Source: Octopus vulgaris (taxonomy: Eukaryota). Taken from it: 64,000 nucleotides of DNA. Below, one piece after another: positions 27,163 through 40,244 of this stretch. The notes under the pieces were generated by a model. The model was given only the letters and a program-made list of their open reading frames with translations, was not told the origin of the DNA and made no database searches. The stretch is from the NCBI GenBank assembly GCA_951406725.2, contig OX597826.1, positions 63,984,001 to 64,048,000 on the forward strand. Direction: 5' to 3'. A program made the translations under genes and the position numbers. Each line of letters begins with the position of its first letter. Within the stretch, counting starts at the first letter, position 1.

Positions 27163-29290
27163 TATATAAGAAGTCTGCCACATGGTTCTGGGTTCAGTTC
27201 CATGGTGTAAGTTTCAGGCCAACCAAAGACTTGTGAGTGGATTTGGTAGATGGAAACTGAAAGAAGCCCATCATATGTGAACATATGCATGTATTCATGT
27301 GATTGAGTGTGTATGTGTCTCCTTCTCTTGACATCACATGTAGTTGTAAATGATTATCACTGTCATACAAGCAGTGTCGTTCATTTCCAATATACTATGA
27401 GAGCATGGGAAAATATCACCTTGCTTTGAAAAAGGTAAAGGTTGATGACAGTAGAACCATCCAGCTGTAAAAAATCTGCTTCAATAGACTCCATCCTACC
27501 AATACAAGCATGAAAAAGTGGATATTGAAATGAAATGAAATGATTATTTATATTAGTAAAAATTTCTTTCCTTCTCCCAATTTTTTATTAATGAGAAACA
27601 CAAAATATGTGTTGCATACATATAATTATATTTTTTCACCAAACTGCTGGACTAGTTTAAAAAGTTATAAAACTGTCTATATCTTATTGATTCTTAACAT
27701 CCTGTTGAAAATCTTCTAGGTTAAAGCCCAGTCCTGCAATAATTCTGTAATAAAACAGAAATGAATGATACACACACACACAAAAAATTAGCATCTTCTC
27801 ACCTACATTAGAGAGTTCCTCACTGCTTTTCAAATGAAGGTAAACAAGGTTTGTATGATTTTTGTGACATTGAGAATTTCAGAACTGGACCAATGCAGTC
27901 TTGTGGGATACTGTGCTGCATCAGAAGTTTAAAGTTAAACATAGCAATTTGTCTGACCCATAGATGTGTCCCCATCTATGAGAGTACAAGTATTTAAATT
28001 GCTTTTGTTTAGCACCAAGTTACAATGGTTGAGTGACCCAAGGCATACCAACCATGATGGTTCTGGAATAATGTATCCAAGCCAATGTGACCATCACTTA
28101 TTACATTATCCAATGTAACCTTCTCTAAAGATGACAGGGTGTGATTTGAGGAAGATTGGGTTGTTATTTCTCGAAAGTTCAATGGCCATGTATAAACTCC
28201 CGAGTTCAATCTAATTAGTTATACATACATACATACGATATAAAGATTGACCTCATTAAAAGATCATAAAAGACCAATACTAAGATAAACGATGTTACCT
28301 TTTGTGACACAATAGGTGCCAGTCACCAATAAATAAACACATTTTTTTCTATATAGTTCAGCATTGACCGAATTTGTTGTTGACATAATGTCAACAAAGA
28401 ATTTTGCTAATTTTGTTCAGGGACTGGCTCTTTTGTTTTATTGAATGTCAGTTTTGATAAAAGCTGGCTCTTTTCATATCGAATATCAATTAGTTAAGGA
28501 CTGGCTTTTGTTGAAAGGAAATCACAGTCAAATAAGAAACTTTTGAACCATAATTATTTAGGAGCAACATTGAGCCTTTTCAGTTCAAAAACTTTGTAAG
28601 AGAAGAATACCACCACTGTTTCGTTTGTATGAGAAGTATTTTAGCCATCAATTCACAGCACACATCATCATTCTACTGGGAATAGCAATCAAATATCTCT
28701 CAGGTCGTACACCCTACAGTATTAGAAGAAGATCAAGGACACATTAGATAACACTATTCTTTTGTTTTTTTATTTTTAACTCATTTCAGTCATTGGACTG
28801 TGGCCATGCTGGGGCACTGCCTTGAAGAATTTTAGTTCAATCAAATCAACCTCAGTACCTAATTTTGGGGTCTTTTTTAAGCCAAATCGCTAAATTACAA
28901 GGATGAGAACAAACAAACATAAAGCAACACTCAAACACATAAATGATGGGCTTCCATACAGTTTCCACCAAGTAAATTCCTCAGAAGGCATCAGTCGAAC
29001 TGAGGTGCTGCACTAGGGGACTGAACATGAAACTATGTGGTTGCAATGCAAACTGTTAAACTACATAGTCATACATGCACCTATGGCTGTAAAACAAAAA
29101 GAAACAATGGAATGGTCATAGCAATATTTGTGATTGTAAATCTGTTCAATCAGACTTGATTGATGCTACACAACAACGCACACAAGGGAACCACTTCATG
29201 GTCAACTTGATTTTCTAGAACTAGCAACCAAATTTTATGGCAGATCATACTTTACTGTCTTAAGAACAGAAGATGGTCATGACTCTAGAG

Positions 29291-29491
29291 CAGTGGTTTT
29301 CAACCAGGGTTCCGCCAGTGCAGTCCAGGGGTTCCGCAAGAAGTTACAAAACTGCTAAAATCGGCAGTAATTTATAATTCTCCTGTGCAGATATGTGTGC
29401 ATAAGACTATTAAATTATTGCACAGGGGTTCCTCAAGCCAGGGGAATGTTTCTTTGGGGTTCCGCTCCAGCGAAAAGGTTGAAAAGCACTG
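29291..29491. mobile_element. hAT (Charlie/Buster-like) MITE, 201 bp
   Basis: TIRs CAGTGGTTTTCAACC / GGTTGAAAAGCACTG, with a perfect 8-bp TSD CTCTAGAG on both sides. Confidence 0.93.
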
Positions 29492-30650
29492 CTCTAGAGT
29501 CATCAATGATGTGTCTGCATACTTGGTCACACTACTAGATTTAACAGCTAAGTCTCTTTCAAAGATGCAATATCCTAGAATTTCGGAATGTCTCAGAAGA
29601 TACTGGTAATATAGTCCCCAGATACAGTGTCTGGAAGAAGGAAAGAAATGATGATAGCTCAAATATATCTGACAATATTGTCTTTTCAGTCAGGACTGAT
29701 ACGGGTTTAAAGAACTCAATAAGCTGAGTTTTAAATTCCACTTTTCCATATTCGCATGGGTTGGTCTGAATTTGTTGAGGTACATTTTTCTACAGCCAGA
29801 TACCACACCTGTGCCCAGCCCTCGTGATTCTAAGAAAGGTGATATTTCCCCCATGACCATGTTTCTGTGTAAGGCTGGAAATGAGGACGACACTCGTTTA
29901 CAACAAAAGACAGTGAAACACACATTTACGACGGGCTTCGTTCAGTTTCCACCTGCCAAATCTACTCACATAATGTATTTTATATATATATATATGTCAT
30001 TCTGATCAACATTTAATTAGTTAATTAGATGGATGAACAAACAAAAGGTGCTTGAAATTTTATTTATAAACAGAAATCACTTTGGAGTAAATAGAATGAC
30101 GCACAAAAAATAATTCTATTTTATCTCTCTCTCTCTCACACACACACAAACACACAGACACAGTTACTCACTCACTCACACACTTTCAATCACAAACACA
30201 ATCACAGAGATGCCTCACATTCAATGATGTGATTGACGTCTGACCACGTGAGAAAATACTTCGTCGTATTATAAAAGCAAATCCAGCGAAAATTCCATAA
30301 AAGAATTAATGAAGTTGGATCAAATGAATTTGCTATCGGTGTTGTTTTACTAGTTTTGTTTCAACCACGTCATTTCTACATTACGTAGGACGGCTTTACA
30401 TTATTACAAAGCGGCTATTTTTATTCTTTCATTATTTCAGCGGTTTCCGCTAATGGCCTGCGGCCACGCTGGGGCACCGCCTTCAACGGTTTTAGCCGAC
30501 CTTTACCTCGATGCCCATTCTTATCCGATATTTATTTTACTGATCAGATGTGATGAACCGCTTAGTTACGGAATATAAAGAGGCACACGATCAATAACAT
30601 AATGATTTTCTTTGTGCCGGTCTAAATATAAACACAAATTACTATATGTA

Positions 30651-30765
<115 letters not shown>

Positions 30766-30782
30766 ATGTGTGTGTGTGTGTG

Positions 30783-30973
30783 TGAGCTGGCAGAAACGTT
30801 TGCACGCCGGGCGAAATGCGTAGCTGTATTTCGTCTGCCGGTACGTTCTGAGTTCAAATTCCGCCGAGGTCAACTTTGCCTTTCATCCTTTCGGGGTCGA
30901 TAAATTAAGTAATCCGTTTGTCTGTCCTTGTTTGTCCCCTCTGTGTGTAGCCCCTTGTGGGTAGTAAAGAAAT
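30783..30973 (+). mobile_element. SINE family A copy between microsatellites
   Basis: Consensus head, core and tail, with a short internal deletion. CpGs retained. Confidence 0.85.
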
Positions 30974-31065
30974 ATATATATATATATATACGCGCGCGCA
31001 CACATATATTTACACACCTACATATGTAGGCTTACCTTAAGATCGCCCATATGTATATACGCATA

Positions 31066-31119
<54 letters not shown>

Positions 31120-31844
31120 CAAGTGTACATATATATTAATACACACACAGGGAGTTATTTACGGTGTACCCGTAACATAACGGTTCGACAAATAGTATCG
31201 GTAAAATACAAACTGGAGTTAATAATTGTTTAGGGTGGTGCTCCAGCATGGTGGCATTTCATGACTGAAGCGAATAAAAGAATAAAAAAGAAAAGATCCC
31301 ATGGGTCTGTATAAACACTAAATCGTTAGTTTGTTGTTTTTTTTTACCCCTCACCCGCCTACTTTTTCTTTGTCGCCTTCTAAATAAATTTATTTCTCAT
31401 GAACAGCTATTTTAATGGAAATGAACATTTTAAAATGAATTTCCTTGTAAAAGCTACACTAGGATGTATTATTTTATGTAGGCTCTAGGGACGGATGAAT
31501 ATTTATAAAAATAAATACTATAATAGGATACATACATACATATACACGTACGTATGTATATACAAACATACATACATACATACGCACGTACCTATGTATG
31601 TATGTACATACGTACAATGTGAGGCTTAAACTTGTAGAATAATACAAAAAAAAACACACATTCTACTCATGAATAAAGTACAGTTTTCCTCGCCTTTTAA
31701 AGTACAGACGTATACACATATAGGTAAGCATGTGTAAGCGGAACATACATGTGTTCATACTATATATTTATATATATATATATACATATATTGGATTTAT
31801 TGGAGCAAACTCCAAGGTTAAAACCCAAATGAAATTGATACACG

Positions 31845-31864
31845 TGTGTATGTATGTATGTATG

Positions 31865-31896
<32 letters not shown>

Positions 31897-32149
31897 TGTA
31901 TGTATGTATGTATGTATGTATGTATGTATGTATGTATATATATATATGCAGAGAGAGAGATACATAAATACATACATATATATACATATACAAATATATA
32001 TATACATACACATATATATACATAGATACATACACATATATATACATAGATACATACATATATACATACATACATATATATACATGCATATATATATACA
32101 TACATACATATATACATATACATATATACATACATGCATATATACATAC

Positions 32150-32235
<86 letters not shown>
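31845..32235. repeat. Compound (TATG)n/(TA)n/(GA)n microsatellite
   Basis: Direct reading of the sequence. Confidence 0.95.
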
Positions 32236-32879
32236 GCTTACATATACAAACATATATATCTTCAAAAATAACCGGAATCTGATACACACACACACGTGAA
32301 AGAAGCCGGAATCTGGAAACGAAGCGCATGTTGCAGACATACATTCTTCTACATCCACAACTTATCTGATTACGTATTGATATTTTCAGCAAAATGCCTG
32401 TTTTGCCCCCTATTATTACCAACAGTAATAGATACTACGTTTGCGTGTGTGAAATGTTTTAAAAGTTATCATCTTATATATCATTGCTCTCCTTCACACA
32501 AACTCTGATTGCCTATCTATCTATCTATCTTCTCAATAAAGAAAGTTATCTATCTATCTATAACACTGTATGCAAACGGGTAGCGCCAATTATAAGAACA
32601 TGTGAGGGTGGAAAGGACACCTACCTTCCCACCCACTACTTCCATTCATTAAAATGATTGACGATAAAGAAATTACTATTGGAGTTCGATATGACGTAAT
32701 TTCGGAACAAGTCGATGAATAGTAGGGGGTGGGTGTGTTTAAGGATACAGTTATTAGTGGATCTTTTGGTTTTACTATGTTAACATTTTTTTAAAGAAGC
32801 AAAACAACTGTTATCTATCCCTTACACGCAAACTATAGATCAGTAAAAAGAAAAAAAATCGATATTCATTGCTTACAGA

Positions 32880-32963
32880 CACACACACAGATAGATAGAT
32901 AGATAGATAGATAAGATAGATAAGGTAGATAGATAGATAGATAGATAGATAAGATAGATAGAT

Positions 32964-33000
<37 letters not shown>

Positions 33001-33036
33001 GATAGATAGATATATAGATAGATAAGATAGATAAGG

Positions 33037-33100
<64 letters not shown>

Positions 33101-33147
33101 AAGATAGATAGATAGATAAGATAGATAGATAAGATAGACAGACAGAC
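32880..33147. repeat. (GATA)n microsatellite
   Basis: Direct reading of the sequence. Confidence 0.95.
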
Positions 33148-33586
33148 TTTCGATTGTTTATGTATATTACAAGAAGTTGGAAAGTATTATCCATAAGCTT
33201 AATTTCTTCAATTGTATGGTGGTACCCGACAAGCGTGATAAGAATTTATTGTAGTAGATATAGTTTCTGCTAGTGTTATTACAAAGTGGAGTTTGGGCTT
33301 TTTATTGTCCTGAAAAGTATGAGAAGAGATGAAGGTCGAAAAATAAGAGTAGCAGTCATATACTGGGGAGTTATTTCCAAACCTTTCCTTACTTCTTACA
33401 AATCTGTGGGAGCGATTCCATTGTAAGAACACATTATCAATAACATAATTTATAAAACACGTTAGCAGGGCTTTGACGATATATATATATTCTAACACAC
33501 AAACACAAAGATGATAAGGATAAATTATTTGCAGAAGGAAGCCACAATAATATATGTAAGACATGCATGCAAGTAAGGTCAATTAC

Positions 33587-35089
33587 CTCGTTTTCCCTCT
33601 CAATCCGACGTTGTTCACGCTGTCTGTTGATAGCAGAATGGGCTACTTTCGTTTTTATAGGCAGTTTCTTGGCATTCTTATAGCTTTTGTTCGAAGATAG
33701 CTTTAAGATCTCAGACAGAAGTCTCTCATTTTCTCTCTCGATTTCACGAGTCTGATATGTATTATATGACAAATTAGTTCGCTGATTTTTTTTCCGAATA
33801 GGGGAGGAATCTCTAGTACCATATTCTTCCTTACCAATCTCTTGAACAGCTCGCATAATCAAATTCATGTCCATATTGCTGTTGTCCTGATCGGTAGCCG
33901 TACAGAGTCCGTTTTGCTCACAGAAAGGCGGAGAAGAAGGTTGACGGCTAGGGTTCGGTGCCGATTTACACCTTCTTACCATTGTAGGGCTACTGTCACC
34001 AGAAGCCAGGGGAGACACATCTGTCATTTCTGATGCCGACGAACAATCACTTTCAAAAGTGTTGCAGTTCAAATCACTTCGATTCGAACTCTGCGAGTAA
34101 CCGTTTCGCTTCGCATGAGTTTTCTGCTGGAGCGAAAACCTCTCGGCCAGCGTGATACCCACGTTCTTACGCAGAATCGCCTGCGGTTGGCTGGCCTTTC
34201 CATTTCCCAATGTTTTCAAATATTTATCTGTTGGTGTAGAATCCACATTGCACTCATCTTCATCTTCGCTATTATCTTCTACACTCGCTAAACTATCATC
34301 ATCATCATCAATATCATCCTCATCATCCTCATCGTCGTCGTCATCATCATCTTCAACAACATCATCGTCGTCGTCATCGTCACCGTCTATGGAACTCAAA
34401 TCAGTGTCTATAAGATTTGCAGCATCCGAAGGACCAGATTCGGCCGCCACATCAGAATCGGTGTGTTCGGAGTTCTTAAAACGAACTGTGTTTCTTTGGT
34501 CTTCGGTTTCTATCGCACACTGTTTGTTGGGATTCGATCCGGTGTCACCAGCTGCTTTCGAACCACGGGGCTGGTTGGCGAACGGTGAAGGCTCTTTACC
34601 GTTTTCCTCATCAGAGAAATCTGGGAGATCACTTAGGTTACTATCCGTGTCGTCGGAAATGGAAACATCAAGGCTAGACTGGGTATCGTTTTCATCTGCT
34701 AGTAGCGTACAGTCTTCGATGGTTGGTGTTGTTGTTGTAGTAGTAGTAATAGTAGTAGTAGTTGTTGTTGTAGGTATCCGTTCGTTTTGGTCTTCTCCTA
34801 TCAAATCCACAGCACCTTTCATTTTATCTACGTCGCTATCGTTCAAACAACCGTTAACATATTGATATGGCTCCCCGCCTGCCGCAGAGGAGCTGCAAAA
34901 GCTATCATAACAAACTTTTTCTTGCGAGCAAGTGTGAAAATGTCGATGTCTGCCAGGAGGCGGCTTGCTGTATACTTTGTTGAAAACGGTGTTCATAGAT
35001 TCCTGGTCGTTGGATTCGTAAAAATCAAAGTCGACCGAATCGTTGAGGTCCTCGTCGTCCATGGACCCTGCCTTGGTAACGTTATTCAT
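33587..35089 (-). CDS. CFAP97: CFAP97/KIAA1430-family (hemingway-like) cilia/flagella-associated protein, first coding exon (501 codons, phase-0 donor)
   Basis: The N-terminus DDEDLNDSVDFDFYE, a long acidic/Ser-rich middle, the MTDVSPL motif and the C-terminal NLSYNTYQTREIERENERLLSEI...HSAINRQREQRRIERENE match the KIAA1430 domain as I recall it. Similarity stops at GAG|GTAATT (intron starts 33586), so the ORF tail 33437-33586 is intronic read-through. An in-frame TGA lies 21 nt upstream of the ATG. Confidence 0.88.
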
Positions 35090-35174
35090 GTCTGTAAATC
35101 CAACTGATCATGTTTCTTCTTCTTTCTGTATTTTTTCGACAATGAAGGTTGATATCTCCGACCAACCCCTTGTT

Positions 35175-35199
35175 GTTTTGTTAGCAACAAGTGACGTCA
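35175..35199. promoter_or_regulatory. Candidate X-box-like (RFX) motif next to a full CRE palindrome, upstream of CFAP97
   Basis: TGACGTCA at 35192-35199. GTTGCTAACAAAAC on the minus strand (35188-35175) has a good GTTGCT half-site. Both lie about 85-110 bp upstream of the ATG in CpG-rich sequence. Confidence 0.4.
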
Positions 35200-35334
35200 A
35201 GATCGAGGCGAGAACTGACGAGATTCAGCGTGACTTTCGTCATTGCCGTCGCCGACAACATCGTCATCGACGCCGCCACTCTCTCCTTACTTGGCGTTCC
35301 CGGAAGACAACCATTTTGTTTGATCAGTCCCTGT

Positions 35335-35735
35335 TCTCCCTCTCTCTGTCTCTATCTATCTATCTATCTATCTCTGTTTATGAGTGTAGTTCTCTCCCTC
35401 TCTCTTTGTTTATCCCTCTCGCTGATCCCCTTTGCCTATGTATCTTTCTCTCTCTCTTCTCTCTCTATGTCCCTTTCTCTATCCCTCTCGCTGATCCCCT
35501 TTGCCTATGTATCTTTCTCTCTCTCTCTATGTCTCTTTCTCTATCCCTCTCGCTGATCCCCTTTGCCTATGTATCTCTCTCTCTCTCTCTCTCCGTCTTT
35601 GCTAATGCGTCTGTCTCTTTCTTTATCTCTCTTTTCTCTCTGTGTATATCTCTGCGTCGCCCTCTCTCTCTATATGTCTCTATTTCTCTCGCCCTCTCTC
35701 TATATATCTCTCTATTTCTCTCGCCCCCTCTACAC
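35335..35735. repeat. CT-rich tract with three copies of a ~40-bp core upstream of CFAP97
   Basis: TATCCCTCTCGCTGATCCCCTTTGCCTATGTATCT at about 35411, 35480 and 35542. Confidence 0.85.
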
Positions 35736-38439
35736 TTTTTCCCTGTCGACTGCTATAACGGTTTCTGTATCACTCGCTTTGCTTTAAAACAAACTCTTCC
35801 TTATCCATCACCATTCACTGTTCAGTTCCCAGTTTAAAAAAAAAAAAGGAAAATCTAATAGACGACGAACGAGGAGGAGGAATCATCAAAGGAAGACACA
35901 TACATACACATACACATTACAAACAGACAGATAGAAGGTAGTGAGGGTGGTGTAATTATTTAGAGAAATCACAGCATAGTTTTCTGCTCCGTGGAGGAGA
36001 TCCGTGAAGAAAAATAATAACAGAGTGAATGAAGGCAGAGTCACGCACATGACTCCCAATATATATGCGTCATGGATCCATCAAGCTGCAGAATAACTTT
36101 GTTTTCCTATCATCACTCGTATTATTATTATTATTTTTTTTTTTTTTTTTTTGTTATTTTATTTATTTTGCGACAGAATCGATTGTAGTTGCAATGGAAT
36201 TTCCATCGTTTTTGGTGACTAATACACTATGACAATAGAAATACTGCTTATTAAAGAAATATTGATTTATCACATTGGCACGGGGTTTGCAAATTTGTAG
36301 GGAGATGAATGAATGAATGAATGAATGACTGCTTAAAATCGATTGAAACTGGCCCCCCACCCCACCCCGCGAATGGGGTGGAAAGAAGACTAAGTCGACT
36401 CTTGCGGTATTTGATCTTAGAACAAAGAGACTGGAACGGAAATGGAACTAAATACCACAAAAACATTAACTACATAAAAAGCGTCCTTCCCCGACTCTTT
36501 CTTGCAGCTGCGCCGATCTTTTTAGCATTGGTATGAAGCCACATATTTTGAATGAAGATATAGTCGATTCAATTGATTCCAGTTAACTTGACTGATACTA
36601 TTTTTATCAATTGCAAAAAGGATGAAAGGCGAAGTTGACGTCGCGGCTACATTTGAACTTAGCGTGTCAAGGTATGCAACTAAATACCACGAGGCACTTT
36701 TGTCCGTCACGCTACCGGTTCTGCCAATGCACGACCGTATATTGATTCCTTTTTCAGTTAGCACAAGGTCGATTCCGTATTGACTTAAGTGATTGGAATA
36801 GGTTTTAGAAACGAGGGGTACGTCAAATACAATGAGCCACATAATGGTGAAAATTTGTGGGGACTAAACTCTTTAAAATTCCTTGTTAAATGAAAAGCAG
36901 AAGACACACCCGTCTTCATACTTCACTCTTTAGCATCACCAGTTGACTTAACTATTTTTGGGTCTTATAGTATAACATTGTACTGTCTTAGCATAATTGC
37001 TAAGGCTTAATGGATTATTAAATTACCGTATAGCATTATAGTCCACCGCAATATAAGAATGTAAGAACAACCCCAACAGGAGCCGAAATAATGAAATTAA
37101 ATGAAACATTTTATTTTTCAATGATTTTCTTCTAAATTATCTTTTTTTTTTTCAAATTCAGTTTATATCACAAAATAAAACTAGAATTTATGAAAAAAAA
37201 TTTCTACACTATAACTATTTTTCAAATTTCTCATTGAGTTTATGATAATATATATTATTTCATAAAAGTTTATTTGATATGTTCTTTTTCCCTTTGGGAG
37301 GATCACTATGCCAATGATAAACATGCATTGGTTCTGTTTCACTTCTTTATCATTTATCAATTGCAGCTTCATTTAACCAATTAACTAATCAATTGTTTGA
37401 ACAACCATTCAGTTAATCGATAAGTCAGGTTTGTCAAAGTCCTTCATCGCTATTTGCATATTCATCAATGACAAACCCTCTCTACTGGGCTGTTTATGTA
37501 TCTCTTGATTTGTAGGTTCTATATTGTTATATATAAAGTGTTAAGCTCCCAGAATTATTAGCACCCCACCCTCCCAAAAAAAAACCATGTTTAAAGGCAT
37601 TTCTTCTGGCTCTTTACATTCTGAGTTCAAATACTGCAAAAGTTGGCTTTGACTTTCATCATTTCAGGGTCAATAAAATAGATATCAGTTGAGCACAAGG
37701 TCAATGTAATTGACTATCCCTATCCCTAAAATTGCCGGCCTTGTGCCAAAATTTGAAATCAATACTTAAATTGTTGTATGAATGTAAGAGAGGAAGCAGG
37801 AGCAACCACATGACCTCTGAAAGTTCATCCAACAATCCCAACAGTTTCAAACCCAATTCAGAGATGAACTATGAAATGGAGACTCAACTGCTCCTGTGCT
37901 GCTGTCTATTTCAAACACAACTAGCTGAAACATATTACTGAGATTTTTAGAGGTGGAGATGGGATTTGTTTTGTTTTTTGGATTTCATTTTTCTTGGCAT
38001 ACAAACTACAGAACTTTGAGATCAAGTAAAAATGTTTACAACTGTTGTGTCTCAGATACGACATATCTCTTGTTTCATTCATACAAGCTGACCTGTGCCC
38101 ATCATTGCAATCAAGAATCACCAGCTGTAGATTACTGAAAACTCCAGTTTTTAACACCATCATGATCATAATCATTATCATTATCATTTTAACATCCACT
38201 TTTCCTTGCTTCCCTGGGTCAGACAGAGTTTATTGAGGCAGATTTTCTATGGCTAGTTGTCCTTCCTGTCACCAACTCTTACCTATTTCCAAGCAAGGTA
38301 ATATTTCCCAATGACCCAACATGTTTCTGATGAACACTGGAAATGAATGACACTGCTTGCATGATAACGATACTCATTTACAACTATTGCATAATTCTAA
38401 GACAAGGAGACACAAACATGGATGAAGACAGCTGCAGAT

Positions 38440-38790
38440 GTAGGAACCTATGGAAGGGGTAAAACCAGGAAGATGTGGGACGAAATGGTGAGAAAGGATC
38501 TTCAGACATTGGGCCTCACTGAGTAGATGACAAGGGACAAAGGCTTCTCCCAATTTGCTGTGCCTGAGAAGACATATTAAGCTATGTGACCATCCATTAC
38601 ATACAGGCATATCCTTTATGGCCATACACCCCCATTCCCTCTCTCAGTCAAGAGGTTTTTGCCTTGCAAGTTTGCAGGTGCTGGTGCCACCTAAAAACCA
38701 CCCATTCTGATGTCATGTAAAAAGCACCCATTTCAGTGCCGTGTAGAAAAGCACCTGTGCTGGTGTCACCTAGAAAAGCACCTTTGCTGG
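38440..38790 (+). mobile_element. RTE LINE C-terminal end and 3' UTR with AAAAGCACC tandem units
   Basis: GTYGRGKTRKMWDEMVRKDLQTLGL resembles the RTE GRPRKTW terminus. It is followed by repeated (TGGTG)YCAYRTARAAAAGCACC units. Confidence 0.7.
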
Positions 38791-38793
38791 TGC

Positions 38794-39871
38794 TTTGACT
38801 TGGAAAAAGCCTTTGACAGAGTACCCCACTTCCTCATCTGGTGGTCCATGCAGAAGTTAGGGATAAACAAGTGGTTGGTAACAGCTGTACAAGCCATGTG
38901 TAGAGATGCTGTCAGTAAGGTGAAGGTCAGCAATAAGTATAACAATGAATTTAGTGTACATGTAGAAGTTCACCAAGGATCAGTTCTCAATCCCTTCTTG
39001 TATATCATAGTCCTTAAAGCCATAACAAAGGAATTTGATTGTCTGCATTTGGGAGCTCCTCTACACAGATGACCTTGTTCTTACAGCTGAATCACAACCT
39101 GAACTGGAGGGGAAATTTCAAGTGTGGAAGCAAGGTCTGGAATCTGGAGTTAATTTAGCAAAGACCAAAGTTTTATTACGTAGAAAAACAGACAAATCAC
39201 AAATCTCTTCAAGGAAATGGCCCTGCTCAATATGTCAGAAAGGTGTTGGTAGAAACTCCATATGGTGTACCCAGAGCAAGTAATGGACATGTAAGAGGTG
39301 CAGCAGTATCATGGGGGTGGTTAACAGAGAAAGTAGTCTTTGCATGTGGCAGATGTGTGGGTACAATAAACACTAGGAATACACAGAGAACAGAATGCTT
39401 CAATTGTTTAGTGGGAATCCTTAGATAAAGTAGATAGTTCCTATTACCAAGGCAACCAATTTATCAGTGAAGAAGGAAGCTTTGAAAGTGTAGTTTCTAG
39501 AATAAGAATGTGCTGGGCAAAGTTCAGAGAGCTGCTACTTTTATTGGTAACAAAAGGCCTCTCCCTCAGGATGAAAAGCAGATTGTATGATGCCTGTGTA
39601 CATATAGCTATACTACATGGCAGTGAAACATGGGCTATGATTACAGAGGACATGTGAAGTTTTGAAACAAATGAAACCAGCTTGCTCCACTGGATGGGTA
39701 ACATCAGGGTGCTTGTACGATTTAGTGTAAATGATTTAGGAGAAAAATTCGGTATAAGAGGCATCAGATGCTGCATGCAAGAGGGAAGACTGTGCTGGTA
39801 TGGTTATGTGATGTGTATGGATTAGGACAGCTACATAAAGAAGTGCCAATCTCTAATTGTGGAGGGAACCG
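38794..39871 (+). pseudogene. RTE-clade LINE RT fragment with a PHD-like zinc-finger insertion, decayed
   Basis: Motifs DLEKAFDRVP, VHQGSVLNPFLY, ELLYTDDLVL, VNLAKTKV, then CSIC..CTQS..CKRC..CGRC, then RIRMCWAKFRELL and LYDACV..LHGSETWA. Contains stops and frameshifts. Confidence 0.88.
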
Positions 39872-40198
39872 GTGAAAAGCACCCATGCCGGTGGCACATA
39901 GAAATGCACCTGTGCTGGTGTCAGGTAAAATGCACCTGGGCTGGTACCATGCAAAAGCACATATGCTAGTGCTACATAAAAGCACCTGTGCTGGTGTCAC
40001 ATATAAAGCACCTATGCCTGTGCCCTGTATAAAGTACACTGTATAGTGGTTGGTGCTAGGAAGACCATCCAGCTCTAGAAACTATACCAAAACGAAGAAC
40101 AGGAGCCTGTGCAGCTCTCCGGCTAGCCAGTTCCTGTCAAACACTCCAACCCATGCCAGCATGGAAAGTGGATGTCAAATGATGATGATGATGATGAT
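39872..40198 (+). mobile_element. RTE 3' UTR with (GAT)n tail
   Basis: AAAAGCACC units, then GTGGTTGG..AGGAAG..CATCCAGCT..AACCCATGCCAGCATGGAAAGTGGA and GAT repeats. Confidence 0.75.
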
Positions 40199-40244
40199 AT
40201 ATTTATATATATATAATCAAAATAAGCAACAAGAATGACTCCGG

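Noticed and set aside
31730-33194. ORFs of 110-220 aa made of YI/CV/LSIY repeats
   Set aside because: Pure microsatellite translations. The same applies to 47977-48789, 54016-54849 and 59203-59503.
33437-33586. Last 49 codons of the 550-aa ORF
   Set aside because: They lie after a canonical GT donor where family similarity ends, so they are intronic read-through.
34152-35837. Plus-strand ORFs of 237, 106 and 264 aa
   Set aside because: Antisense shadows of the CFAP97 exon and translations of the CT-rich repeat.
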